Positions 1 through 14,276 of a stretch of DNA of 64,000 bases are shown piece by piece. This stretch comes from Fimbriosthenelais zetlandica (taxonomy: Eukaryota). The position numbers were made by a program, and so were the translations under genes. Under the pieces are notes generated by a model that worked only from the letters and a program-made list of their open reading frames with translations, was not told the DNA's origin and searched no databases. The DNA lies in the NCBI GenBank assembly GCA_977030845.1, contig OZ365111.1, forward strand, positions 6,138,001 through 6,202,000, written 5' to 3'. How positions within the stretch are numbered: the stretch's first letter is position 1; every line of letters starts with the position of its first letter.

Positions 1-1099
1 ATTTAATATGCATCTATTTGATGCCCTATACTACCACTCATATGCTCAACGTTCCCAAATTTATGATTTAAAATTTATCAGTATTTTTATTGTTACCTTA
101 AAAAAGTATCTCCAGAAAAAATATTACCACCAAAGAGTTATTTTGTGGTGGAAATCTTCATTTGTTTCCCTAAAGCTCTTGAGCTGCTGATACTGATCCT
201 CAAGAATGATCCATTAACTCAAATTGTGGCCTTAGTGTCAGCAAATTTCTGTGATAAATTTCTGGCAAAATGCTTGAGTTAATTCAGAATTAAGTGACAT
301 GAAGGAAGATTAACTTGATGCATTGCTGTCGGAGTGGGAGTCAATGGGTGGGCGGTCCGACCCGCAAAATAATACAGAATTTCATCATTTTCTTTAGAGT
401 TCATCTACTTCCTCCTACTCAAAATCTTTATGAAAAAAATCAGAAGAGAAGCTGAGGAGAATCTCTGGAAATACACTCGATCATGTGTGTGTGTGATTTT
501 GACAGGGATGATAGTGACATGTAGTCTGTAGGAGTACCACAGTGAAGGATTCCACTCCCACCTTACTTTTGCTGATGACCTCTTCCATCAAACAAATATC
601 ATACATTTCCCTCAACTGTATCATGGAGAAAAATTATTGCGAAACTGAAATTTTACCATAGTTCTTCTCTCTGACCTCTGAGATTCCAGATGGAATTCAG
701 CAGCTGAATGAATTCAATGCCACATCAAATTTAATCTGATCGGTTCTGATCATGAACATATGAGGTTTGAAATTGTTCCTGGCATTTAAAAATATTTCCC
801 GAAATATTTCTGTCAAAAAACAGACCTCAAAGGATGCTCCTTCACTAGTGAATAATGTTACGTGGCCCTGATACCTATACTATTATTGGATCAGGAATAA
901 AGGTTGGCTTGATGTGGATATATGTATGTTAGCCATCTGGAGGTATTTTCAGTCGGTATGGTATTGTTCTGTCTGGGGGAAGCCACGCCCTCTCTTGGTT
1001 TGAATAATAGATGAATGTAATCCATGTTGGTTGGTGAGGCATGGAGGGGGAGGTGTCTGCCACGAGTCACAATTTTACCTTCACATCTTTTATATGTCG

Positions 1100-1660
1100 C
1101 CATTCTCCGTTTCTCTGTCGTTTTTTGACTCCTATCCCCCAGTCCTCAGATCTCTTTTTAACTATTTTTCTGTGCCTTTCTCTGGCGGATTGTCTGTCCT
1201 ATTTTCTCATTCTCTATTATTCTGTCTCATTCTCTCCCTCCCTCTCCCTTTCCCCTTTTCCTCTCTCCTCTCTCCTCTCTCCACCGTCTCACTGCTTTTT
1301 GACTTCTATCCCCCCTGTCCACAGATTTCTTTTTCTCTATTTTCCAGTGCCTTTCTCTGGCGAATCATTTTCTGTCCTGTTTATTCTCTCTGATTCTGTC
1401 TCATTCTCCCTCTCCCTGTCCTCTCCCCTTCTCTCCTCTCTCCCCCTCTAGTACCTCCCCCACATTCTCTCATTCTCCCTCTCCCTCCCTGTCATCTCCC
1501 CTTTTCTCTCCCCCCCCCCCTCTAGTACCTCCCCCACATTCTCTTTCTCTCCTCTTTCCCCCGTCCTCTCCCCTTCTCTCCTCTCTCCCCCTCTCCCTCC
1601 CTGTCCTCTCCCCTTCTCTCTCCTCTCTCCCCCTCTACCTCCCCCACATTCTCTCTCATT
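1100..1660. repeat. About 175-bp tandem duplication followed by a CT-rich polypyrimidine array
   Basis: tttttgac..ctatccccc...gtgcctttctctggcg...ctgtctcattctc occurs twice; tacctcccccacattctct occurs three times. Confidence 0.8.
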
Positions 1661-3886
1661 GTGTAATGGATGATCCCATGTTGACACACGCTGCAACTCC
1701 CAACAGATGTAGGCGAGTGATAATCCAAATAGTTGCTATATTGATTGTCATGTCAATTATTCAGGCTTCCCCAACCATGGAGCTGAAATGTGGATCAGGA
1801 TAAGCAGCCACATGTATCCACTCTATATGTGTATCCAATCTATATGTGTATCCACTCTATATTCTATAGAGCAAACTAAGTAACGAGATACCCACAGTTC
1901 CTGTTGGCTTCATTTCTTATGAATTTACCTGAAAAGTGGTCGGGAGTATGTATTTGCCTTTGACTGTGGAATATTTGAAACTGGGTGCATATATAATATA
2001 CATCTGTTTTGTACGGTTCACTCAAAAATTCAGAATCATGTATATCTGTGTGCATTTGACCAGCCTAGTATCACTTATCATGGAAGTTTTTCCATTGGAT
2101 TCTAGAAAGGAAAATATATGCTACATTTCAACACATCAGAAGATTTCCAAACTAGTGAAATCTTGATGGATCAATAGCCTCAGATTCCTTGGTTCAATTT
2201 TGCACCTAGAGCCTTAACCCCAGCTTTGTTTATCCATCCCCCGCACTAAATTTCCCCATTCTGACTCCCAGCGTGGGAGATGGTCCTCCCAGATCATCAG
2301 ACTCTCCCAGTTTTTACCTTGCACCAATACCATCAGCATATATACATCTTCCAAGTTCCTCCCACACAGAAAGTGCAAGGAATTATTTGCAATATTGGAG
2401 AATGATATTGTAAAGGTTTGGACATGGTCTATGTACTATGTATGCTGTATAAACGGAGTGACCAATAAGTGGCGCCAAGTTAATGGCTTTAATGTGAAAT
2501 ATACATGTTATATGACCACCAGCCTGCACTCCCTACTCCCGTACCCCATGCATGGATTTTTAACATGTCGCACCCCACTTCAGGTCAAGCTGGAGCGTTT
2601 CCTCTGTTGAACATCTATGCATGCAGTATGCATTACACATGGTTGTATCCAGGTACCATCTACAGTATGAGGCAAAATATTTGCTCATTTTTTCACTATT
2701 TGCAACATACTTTGTTTAATCAAATCAGAAGACAGTTACATCTACTCTTACAACATCCTTCTGGTATCACTGTCACTGTCACAACACGAGGCTCCGTCAT
2801 AATTATAAGTGAAAAATTGTTGACAGTGACGTAAAACATACATACAACTCCCCAAAAGATCATGTTTTTTCAAAGTATATAAATCATTTTTGGTGATACT
2901 GTATCGTGAGTTCATGTCAATATTGTGACATGAGAAACACACATTACACGCTCAATTATCCTGACGTGAGGCTATAGTAAGATGGGGTATCAATCAATTT
3001 CACTACTCAGAATGAATTACACGTTGAATACCATATATACTCATGGGTATAGTCTTTCCCTGAGTTTGTATTGTCCCCACCAATACCTCTTTGTAATATT
3101 ATTATAAAGAACCGTTCTGAATGCTTCCTTAAAAAAATCGGACGTTAAAATATTTTACGTTAACTTTTTCAGTAACAACCCTGTATTTTGAGAAGGCTTA
3201 TGAAATTAGGTTGAAGCCTTTATGCTGAATTGCACCATTAATTTTTATGACATGAAATAAAATGATCTTTCTTACAATGTCTACCCCTGGTCTTGGGTAG
3301 AAACAAATATTCCCAAATGATTCTTTATCCCAGATTGTATAGATTGTACCACCCAAGTAGCCACAAGGAAAGACAAGTGTCTAAATAATTGGTGCTAATA
3401 GATTACCTTAATGAAGCATATGGTACAGTATCGTGGCAGAATATACTCCGTACCACCATATGTTTAGTGTGCAACTGCATCAGTCTGGGAAGCCTTTGAT
3501 GCTATGCTTTGAACGGGAAGTGACTGAGAGTATAGTGCCGTCTGCCACCACCACCCTGTTGCCTCTGCAGCATGATTCTATTGATTCTCTATCGCTGTAG
3601 TGTGGAGAGAGAACCTGGCCTGGCCCTGTACACAATGGCCGCATCTGACCTCTGACTATGGCAAGAGATGCACTGATCTGGCAGCATTTGTGGGCCATTT
3701 AAAGCCATTGATTTATTTAGTCATTGATGAAGTGATTGTGGTAAAAATTCCGACTGAAGTGCCTTCATACTTATCATGATGGTTCTATGATACCAAATCC
3801 ATTTAGATTCCTAATTGGACTGGCCTATAAATTAACCTGGTATCATTTCTGAACGCTGGTGCATCATTAAATAATCAAGTTCTGCT

Positions 3887-4091
3887 TAAGCCAGGTCTCC
3901 ACTGCTGAGATTAGTTTGCGACACTACTGCGACAAAGGGATGCTTGTGTAGGGATACAATTTATAGATTGTGGTCCAAGTTTCCAAGGCCTTAAGGCCGT
4001 CCTCCAGTGGTAAATTTGCCATTGGAACACTAGCATTACATTTGTCGCAGAGGTGTCGCAAGCAAAATCGCAGCAGTGGAGTCCCAGCTTA
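3887..4091. mobile_element. Palindromic MITE, family A (about 50-bp imperfect TIRs)
   Basis: aagccaggtctccactgc...tttgcgacac...gcgacaaa versus tttgtcgc...gtgtcgcaa...gcagtggagtcccagctt; central ccaaggccttaaggccgtcc. Confidence 0.75.
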
Positions 4092-7000
4092 TCGAAAGAT
4101 TAGTCATCATTTCTGGAAATATTAAACATTAAGGAACATGCCATATAGTCTCCCAATGGCTATTGCTGGCCTTTGAGATGAGTACCCATGGAGAGCCGAC
4201 AGCGTGTTTCCTCCTAGTCCTGAGGGCATTCATTTTACGGAAATCTTTCTCCATTTATCCAACTGACCCCATGTCTTAAACCGACAGAGATTTTACTCAA
4301 TTTCTCCAACTGACCCGTCACCCCCATGTCTTAAACCGACAAAGACTGTCATTATAGGAATATTACAAAGCACCTTAAGTACAACAATTGACGTTTCCAT
4401 GGTAATTACATGGTAGCGGCCAGCCAAGTTGAGGTCACTTACTCATTGAGAATTATTCATGTGATTGTAGGTACAATAGTGACCACTAGGCCATGGCATT
4501 GCTCCCTCTTACATTTGAATAATGCCTTTAATCCTGGTCTGGGTCATGTATAAATAACTATGTACATTCAATCCCCGAATACCGATCACTATTCACTCTG
4601 GAAACCAGGGCAATTATCGGGGCAGTATCATATTAAAGAGTTCTTTTGGGATTTTTGTTGTAAATTAATGGTGTCAATGTACCGAATGATTGGTGTCAGT
4701 GGCTGCTCTTGTTGTCCCATTTTGGTAAAATACTGAACAGAAGAGACCAATCTTAATGTTAGACAAGGGACCAGCCAGGGAATGAAATAACACCAATTTC
4801 CTGAATAAAAGACATAAGGTTGTACAACTGTATATCAGTTGTACAGCAATGCCTTATACTATGGTTGTACAATGAGCTGACCATATATGACAGGAGGCAT
4901 GTCTTCCCCCCTTTCAATGGAAGTGGTCCCTTTACCACTAACCAGTATAATATCATGGTCAGTTGGTATCTACTGTGGGTCGGTTTAGTGTGAACATTCC
5001 TTGATCTGTCAGAAATATCGGTCGGTCTGTATTTGTAGCATATTCCCACCTCAGTCATGGAATGTGTTCACATTGTATAAGCATCACAAAACTATGCATG
5101 GGGGAATAGTATATAATATCGCCGTTTGACCCCTGCTTGAACTTGCCTATGGCTTTGCAATAACACCACCAATATGGAAAGTTTATATCAATTATTGGTG
5201 CATGGGCATCAGACTTAAATCTATTTATAGACCTTATTTATACCAGAACGTCTGATTTGATGTTGTCGTTTGGACTTTGAATTTCTGATAAAAAAAAGTC
5301 CACGAACTTTACAAACCGAGTTAGTTCAGGTCATCAACCCAAATGAAATGGTCCTGAACTGCTTCAAAACATTTGAATTTATCAGCGTTTCTAAATATTT
5401 GACGACCGCTATTAAATATTTATGAAAATTAGATTTTATGGTCACTTTTTAGTGCATTGAATTTGTAATATGAACTTCAGAAACAAGTTCCTTTCTTGTG
5501 CTATGGCATGATTCTATGTCATAGATTTACCATGGCCTTTGGATTTGGAATTGAAATCCTGAGGAAATTCTTCGGACGAATTTTTTTTCTGAACTAAGAA
5601 AGAATGAAAACTGAACTCGACTTGATCACAGGTTTTCCCTCAGGCCGTGGGATCACTCCTCCGAGTCCTTTTACTCTGAGATTAGTCCTACTTCCAATGG
5701 TTGACCACAATTTACTTAATCGGGGGAAAGTAGGGAGAGGGAGTTTATTTATGGCTTGAATCCCAACGTGAATCTGTCCAGCGGAATTATTTGTCTGGTC
5801 TGTCAAGACTAAAAGGATTTGTGGGGAATAATATATTCCCGGTCCAAGTTAAATAAATCTGACCCTCGCTCGCCTCACTTGACGAGAAATCCACAGAGAG
5901 GATTTATAAATGAACAGGAGGACCGTTCCCATGGTTACCCGAGCTCCGGCGAAAATTTCAAATTGATCGGCTGATATTTCATTCTGACCCTTTTGAGAGT
6001 ATCATTTCCCCCATTGAAGTGAAATCATGCTACTGACAGCCATTTCCCTCTTTGAAGTGAATTCGTAGTTGGCCTGGGCATGCCCAACGTTGGGACTGGA
6101 AGAATTAGATACTGCGTGAAGATACATTTGATTGATTGATTGATTGATTGATTTGATGGATTTATTGGAAAAGTTTTTTTTTGTAATGACATGGACTTGT
6201 TCGGTTCTGATCGTGGCCACCATTAACATGGATTATTGATAATGCTGAACATCGCTCATTCACTTATAAATGTAATTTAAAAAAAATGATAAAGTCCCAT
6301 TTATTAATATGATAATTAGAACAAAAAGTGGGTTGGGGATGGATGTGGCGTCGGGGCTAGGGGTGGGGGTTAGAGTTGGGTGGGGGTGGAGAAGAGACTG
6401 GCGTGATGCTGGAGCTGGGAGATAAGAGGAAGAGGAGGGGTGGGGAGAGAGAAGGGGATATTGATATCACCCTAGTGATAGCCTACGCGTCTCCATGGAG
6501 ATGGAACATGCCATGCATACCAAGAAAAACAGGGAGTCTGGGGAGGACATGGTCAAATCTCAGAGGGGGGCGCCGAGGTGAAAATGGGGCGGGGCCAGGG
6601 GATTGGATCTGCTTCACCCTAGTGTACCTTTATGATCCGCGGATAATGGCATCAAAGGGCAGGCAGTTTTTTTTTCGAGTGAAGGCATCGAAGCAAAACC
6701 CGTGGGGCAATGGCATTTTATCAGATGAATGGTTATTGTTCTGTTAATAAAAAGGCCGGAAGGGAAAGTTGGATGGCTTGGGAAAGCTATTTTAGCCATG
6801 AACTGGATTCTGGATGAATTGAAACTAGATCAAGTGTAATCATCAGTTTCTATTCTAGTGACTGAATTCAGAAAAAAAAATATCCCAAATTAAGAGCCAT
6901 TTTCCATAGAATAAAGCTTGATTTACAGCACGATAAGCTGCATACATGTACGTAAAAAAGTCTAGAAAATAGGATGCATACATGTAACTAAAAAAGTAAA

Positions 7001-8189
7001 CATTTTCTATCCCAATAGTGAAGTTCCAAAACCGAAAAACTTCTAATCTTTGCATAGTATATTTGAATTCATTCTCCTCCACAAGAACCAGTGATTCACT
7101 CCAACCGTCGCCAACAATTTGTGTTGAGTTAAAATACAAATTGTAGGTTAAACATACTTTTATCTTGCGAGGCGCCATAAAAAGGCATTTTGTTAGGCAG
7201 AGTAAACTGTTGGAGAGGTTCACAATGTTGGTGTTGGTTATCATAAGGGACCTGTGAGTGTGGATAGAGTGGAGAGTGAGCGTTCTCACATAGTGATAAG
7301 CTATGTCTATATTACAACCATCTCCCTTCATACCTCATGCTTTCTCACACGGGATCCAAAGTTCAGACTTGTTATCCCCCCCCCCCACCACCCACCCACA
7401 CCTCCAGCCCACTTTCCCACTACACCTCCACCCCAGCTGCCCCTCCCCTTCCCAACCCCTCTCCATACACCCCCCCCCCCCGCCCCCCCGCCTCCCCCAA
7501 AACACCATGCCCCGCGTTGACAGCCGCAGGGCTTGATCTACCCTGTTTTCATAATGTAGCACACATTTTCCATAAAAAGAAAAAAAAAACAATTTTTGAA
7601 AAAAATCCTCCAATCATTTTCTTTGCTTCAGGGAATCAATGTGTATTTAATTACGTTCATATGTTATACCAATGAAGGCTCGGGCTCAAAATAAAATATA
7701 AAATTGAGATATATAGAGCTATTGCCAAGCTTATAAGCTACCCTAACCCGGTGAGTTTAATCGCGACTTTACGGTAAATAGCTCGGCCTAGACTTTGGCT
7801 GATCTCATAAATAAGCGAGATGATTTAATGCTGATACATGCAGTGTTAAAAAACACCGCCAGCCCGTGGCATCATTTCTAAAAGGCTAAAGCCATCATGG
7901 AATGAAAACTTACAAATAAATAACATGACAGTCCTCCAGTCAGGACACGTTGAATGATTCATGAAAATAATTATTTTCATTTTATCTGACAACATTATGT
8001 GGGTCGATCCTCCGATAGTATATATCCTAGGATATATAAAACCAAGTTTTACGAAAGTAAATGTAAAACTAACTGCAGCTCTGTAGAGATGAGGTAATTG
8101 GCCCCGAGGCCACTGTTATAGCATTAATATAATTAGTTGTGGCCCGAGACCGCACAAGGGACGGTTTAATAAAAAAAATATGCGAGATC

Positions 8190-8499
8190 ACCATCTCGGT
8201 GTAGAGGTGGCTGCCCTGTGTGTGGAAGGTTGCCCGTTCGAACCTCGTTCTGGTCAAACCAGAAAATTATAAAAAATTTGTACTCGTACCTCCCTCGCTT
8301 GGCACTCAGCAATAATATAAGAGGACAGTACTAGGTCTGGTCGGCCTAGTCTCAGGATAATGTGACTGGGTGAGGTATCGTGTCATGTACCTGTGACTTG
8401 ATATGGCAGTGAGGAAGCACTATGAAAGAGCATAGGGCTTACTATCACAAGTAGGCACCCTCATGATATAACTGAAAGCGACGTTACAACTAGAAAAAG
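8190..8499 (+). mobile_element. tRNA-derived SINE, near full length (MetaSINE-like core)
   Basis: Pol III A/B-box-like head (TCGGTGTAGAGG...GTTCGAACC), core ggcactcagc...ataatgtgactgggtgaggtatc...cagtgag...cactat, tail gaaagcgacgtta. The core is shared with three other copies. Confidence 0.8.
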
Positions 8500-11400
8500 A
8501 TGCGCTACCTTAGCCCATTGTTCTTACCATTGAATAATGCAACACATCTTTCTTACGAGACAGGCCCCCGAGACTGCCAATGCACTAGAGGCTGACCGAT
8601 TGACCTGCCCCCTCTAGGTAATGATACAAACAACAGAGGGACATGATATCATGTTATGCCATGGTCATATACAATGGCCAAGTCCCATCAGCCCATTTAC
8701 CATATGAGGCAATAAAAATATATACGGCCCAGGGAAGATACACTTTATTTTTCTCTCAGACTAAGGAATTATTTTATGGTGTGAGAGAGTGCACAATGGC
8801 CGTTTCATTTGAGATAAAACGTGGCTCAGATTTTCGTATTTGTAGGAATGCGATAAAAGTGTTTTGATAGACACTTGGTGTAAGAGTAGGTTTTTCATTG
8901 TACATCCACCACCCCCCCCCCCCAAAAAAAAAAAAATAAAGGAGGAAAACAGTAAGGAAACAACACAAAAAACACCCACACACATGTATAATTTAAGCAT
9001 TGTCTTACATTTGCAATAACTGGTGAATGTATTGTAATGCATAATATAATTTATTTAATAATGATATAGGAATACCTAGGCCTATGCTATCGAATTTGGA
9101 ATGCCTATACATTCATACTTAAGGTAAATGGTCATATATCTATGAATGATTAGTATGTATAGTAATTTGTATTTCAATATTTAATTTAGCCGTTCGTTTA
9201 CCCATGGAACTGTAGCTTGACCCTTGAGATGAGTATGATAGAATTATTCATACCATCATAGTACATACATGTATACAGTTCCTATTACCTTATGTATCCC
9301 TTTAATAGTTGTATACACTGTCACGAAAAAGTAATTGTCCATTTACTTTCAACTTTAACTTGGTTGAAATTCATGAATAATAAATTTCACCTCTAACAAT
9401 ATCCGCCTAGGTGTTAAGGACCTTTCCTTACACAGGCTCATGGGTTTTTAAAGTGATCCCTTTTCACCAGTCCAATTCTTAGTAAAATGTCAAAAAACAC
9501 TGCCCCAAAATTGATACATTTTTAAAAGGTTTACAAATAATTTTCAGTGATAGTGTAGACAGTATATGGTCTATGTTGATTCCTGCGGTGCACCATTCTA
9601 ATCATGATGATGTATCATATAACACAAACATGTATATCATGTACAGCTATGGCCGGACCCAGCTATGACCTGAATATGATTGATCTCATAGTAGCTTCTA
9701 TACACTGGGAACCGCTCATCAATTGTGAGTAGAAATATGTGGCGGTGGCTGGTGGGGAGACAACAGCACCGTGACAGAATGGACGACAAGCCCGCATTTA
9801 TGTATGGCCGCTATCTCCTACTAAATAATGTGAATAATATGCATTCTACATTACAAATATAGTACCGGACAAGGTATGACACTGGAGGCCATGTTCTCTA
9901 AGGGAATGCTAAATCCGGGAATGTTTGCTGGAATGTTGTAATGAGATAATTCATTAGATAATATAATCCGATCCAAACCCCCCCCCCCCCAATGAAATTA
10001 AAGAAGATTGCTCTGTAAATCCCAGTTCCAATTTCCAATCAGTTTGGTCATCAATCATTTTGCAATCAGATTCCAATCGAGGAATCTTCCCGAAATCATA
10101 CATTTTAAACTGTTTTTATACAAGTTTCAAATTTGTATTGAACTTGAATCTAGATTTTGGTCATGCATGTCCCAGAGATTCCAAATGAAAAAAGGCTAAG
10201 AGAATAGAAAATGAATGAGGGTTCGAGGGTAACAAAGTCCAATCCCCTACGGAGCACATCCTTTTAAAGATTTTACCCCCGAAAAAGTTTGGACACATTT
10301 CAGCTCTCACAATGGTATTAAATCTATTGTAGATCAGCTGTCGCCCGTGCTTACAGTGGGTCTTTTAATGGGCCCCCCACTCACTAGCCGCTCGCTGTCA
10401 TACATAATGTAAAATAAGTATACGGTCAGCCAAATTGTCATCCAGCCAGGCATTGTCTCCAGAGACAAATATTTGTGACTCTGGTAACATTAACTGGCCG
10501 CCCTAACTGACCACTTCTTACTACATTTTCACCAGTGAAGCGTGGATCATTGCCAAAGACACTGTATTATAATTATTCTGTGCCATACACCTGTGGTCTA
10601 AGTAAGGCTAGTAATGGGGTATAGCTATACTGGGGTTCTTTTGCCTTGCGAGTGTTGCCATTTTGTTGCAGCTAGCCCTTGTGGTTGTCTTTTCTATATC
10701 TGCCGCAAAACTCACTAATGTAGCACAATATATGGTAGTCACCCCACTTTACTTTAAAAGAAAGATTGTTAAAAACGGAAGGATTTCTGATCTGGAACAT
10801 CGTTATATTGGTCAGGAACGGCCACCTGTGAAAATACCCACTTTCTGGCACCAACTAAGCCAATTTTTGCTTTTACAAATTTTTCATGACCAGTCTGCTT
10901 GGAGGGTGGGTAGACTTGTTCAAGTCTGATTCTGTGATGCAAATTTTGTGATGTAAATTTTATGGTGATGCCTAACAAACCGAGAAATCTATGACCCCCG
11001 AAATGAAGTGAGTGCCAGACTTGCACTGGCGTTGGTAAAAAAAAAATTGTCTTGGGGACGAGGGCTAGTCTACATAGAGTGCAGATTGGGTGTGTACAAG
11101 CATGTTTGTATTTATTGAGCAGCTCGGTCACACCATTTCAGGTCATGATATATATACATGTATATATATATATTCCTTACATACCACACACATAGCGTCT
11201 TGCTGGGTCCAGCCCTCTCCACATAGACCTTATCCTGTATCCATAATTGCACTAAATGTGGCAAATATGCACTAACGGGCAAACCTAGATATTTTAAGCC
11301 CCACTATATTGGGCTATATATTTGCCAATATGCATTGTCACTCTGGCTGGGATTTTACAATAAGGGGCCATATCCATTGTGCAACAGACTCGTGAGCTCT

Positions 11401-13968
11401 GGTTTATGTCTTCTTCAGTCAAGAGTGTAAAATAGCACAAAAAAAACCCATTTTTTAAATTTTTTATTTATGATGTTTATACAGCGATTTATACCCATAA
11501 AAATAGGAAAGAAATCCCCAGATATATCTATCCGATTGAGAAATGTCTTTTTGAGAAATCATGATTTTTAGAGCTCAAAATTTATCAATATACCCAAAAA
11601 TATACAGGTACCCTGTATTAAATGAGAAAAATATGTATGGAACAGTGGATTCGACCCTAAGTTGTCTGTGCTTAGAGCTCACCCATTTACAGACCCCAGG
11701 CTTTCTCAATAACAACATGTTCCTACAACCACATGCTTTACACATGTCAGAAACATGTCATCAAGACAGGCCTTCTACTGACACCAACTTGGAAAAACAG
11801 GAAAGAATAAAATAGAAAGAAAAAAAATTAGCACAAGCCCCTACTCTTTTTAAGGCATCTTTCATACGCTGGTCTGTATAAATATGGCGGTAGTGGGATG
11901 TGGGAGCAGAGTTGTATCGTTCCTTCTTTGCTAATATAATATTACATCCTGCCGAAAACCAAAACAACCGATCATTGGCATGAGGAAAAGATACATTTCT
12001 GCTTTAAAAAATGTGGAAACATTGTTTCATGAAAGGGAATTTAATCAGATGTTGTTGGAGACTTCGCTGTGATTTTAGATATGGGAATTAAATAGGTTAA
12101 TGTTCATTGAGTAGAATTAGAGTATGTGGAAAGTAGAACCAAAAATTGAGACTAGTAGCTCCCTCGCTTAACACTCGGCAGTAACTGGACGGATTGGAGA
12201 ATCGGATTAGTACGTTCCAGGCTTTAGACTCTAACTTAAATACTTCCATGTCCTATTGGGTTTTGTTGCTTTTTCCTCCACATGCAACCAACTCAATCTC
12301 AGTCTGGCTGGTTGCCTTTCTAATAGAGATTACCATAAAAGGTAAAAGCTGTGATGAGGGCGCTTCATTCTGTCTATAATAGAGGTGTCGATAAGTGAAG
12401 GCTCCCTAACAGGAAAAACACTGCCAGCAGGGTGATTATTGTCGCCATGGTTACCTCTCTCTACCAGCATGTCGATTACAGGTGATGGATTGTAGTGAGA
12501 GGTGGGGCGGAAAGCAGGCTGCCATAGTAATACACCGGAAAGATATTGCCTTACAGGCATATATATGTCTCTACATACATATTATATAGGCCTACAGACA
12601 TGTAAGGTATGAGACTATTAGGCAACCTCAGCAGGACTTTGTATGGAAGATATTAGCTTTTGATGAGTCTAGACATATCATGTCGTTAGGTAAAACCAAA
12701 AAATATGTACCGGGTGAAAAAGTGGTGCAAGAATGATTTGTGTAAAAGGTTTGTGTTTGTCTAAAAAGTTTTCACCAAAATTGTAATTAAAAAAAATGTT
12801 TATCAGAATTTGGAATGGGATCTCAGAACATTGGTCATTTCCATCGACACATTCTGTCCCTATCCTATTCTACCCCAACCCTCTTTCGCCCCCCCCCCCC
12901 TTCCATCCCCCTCTCAACTCAAGTTAGAGTACATATATATACACACTTAGGATCACCAAGACAAAAAAAAATATTCCTCCCAGAAGAGTTAGTGTAATAT
13001 ATTAACATGGCTGCTCAGTCTAGCTTGGACACAGTGTCTGAATGCTTAACCATACTATAATTACTCCGGGGAAAAAACGCCCGTAGAATAAGTAATATAT
13101 TCTGTCTGCTATTCTGGCATGGATAACGGTCTACAACATTGTATTCCCATTAGGTTTTGATTATATTCTCACCCATGTAAATTAGCCCGGCCATAAAAGA
13201 AATCTATTCTCGCACTTGCAGAGTGTGAGCACTCCAAAGTGGTTTTCTAAGCCTGGTATGCAGGAGGAGAGACATTTGTTTGCTCCATTTTTCTTACCAC
13301 CCCTTATACCCCTCTCCCTCATGGGACTCATAGATTCTCGTGAGAAGCTGAAGTCTACTGGTGTGAAATCCATACAATGCCGGTATTAGTATTAAAGTCG
13401 TTGGTGAAGTACGGATCTAAAAATTGTCAACTCTCTTGGGGTTCTTCACTGTGGAGGGGTCAGTATGGCTTTACAACTTGTTGAATGTGGCCATGCATTA
13501 TGGTCAAAATGTCCATGTATTTATAAGCATACAAAAATAAAATCAGTGCATCAATTCCTTCCCTTTTTTAGGTAGAAGTTTGATGGGATAGGTTAAATAG
13601 ATATTCAATGTAAAATCATTAAGTATTTTATACTAAACCGAATGTCCCAAGGGGGGTTTACCAAGAGAGATATACTATATACCAGGCCACAAGATTTGTT
13701 TGCCTATAAAAATGTACATCCTGAGAGGCCCCGATGCCTCTCTCCCCCTGTCTCTCTACCTACCCCCTCTCCCCCTATGTCTACCCCCTCTGTCTCCCAT
13801 AAAACTTCCAAAACATAATAAACAAGATAATAAAAACTCACACACCCCCTTTTTCCTACTCACATCTCCCGGTTGGAGTGTGAATTGGTGTCAACGTCAC
13901 AGAACTTGACAACTATTACATGTACCTCCCCTTCCCCTTCTCATTCTCCTTCTCCTCCCACTATTAAA

Positions 13969-14276
13969 GGCCAAACTTTTTTTATTGTTTGGTTCGCAGA
14001 TCCGCGGACGAAATTTTTTGAAAAATAGAATGTCTCCACCGTCACCGACGTTAAATCCAGTCAAAACGAAAAAAGATATTTTATTTAATTTTAGCTCCCG
14101 ACCTCGGATGTTCGAAATTGTTTATATCATGGACCTATAAACCTATGGTTTTTACCCGTTTATATATAACTTTAATGAAGATTTTTAAAAATTCCTTAAA
14201 AATCTATTGTTAATCTGTATCTATCGAAAAAATTTAGAACTATTTTGTCCGCTAACCAAACAATATAAAAGTGGCC
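13969..14276. mobile_element. MITE family B (GGCC...GGCC TIRs, TWA-type flanks)
   Basis: ggcca..ttttt.attgtttggtt ... aaccaaacaat.aaaa.gtggcc; internal homology to 21180-21485. Confidence 0.75.

Noticed and set aside
1031-1728. Several ORFs rich in Ser/Leu/Pro or Gly/Glu/Arg
   Set aside because: Artefacts of the CT-rich tract.
7254-7675. Proline-rich ORFs
   Set aside because: Poly-C runs with no splice or codon support.
8190-8270. tRNA-like sequence
   Set aside because: It is the Pol III head of a SINE, continues into the SINE core and has no complete cloverleaf.
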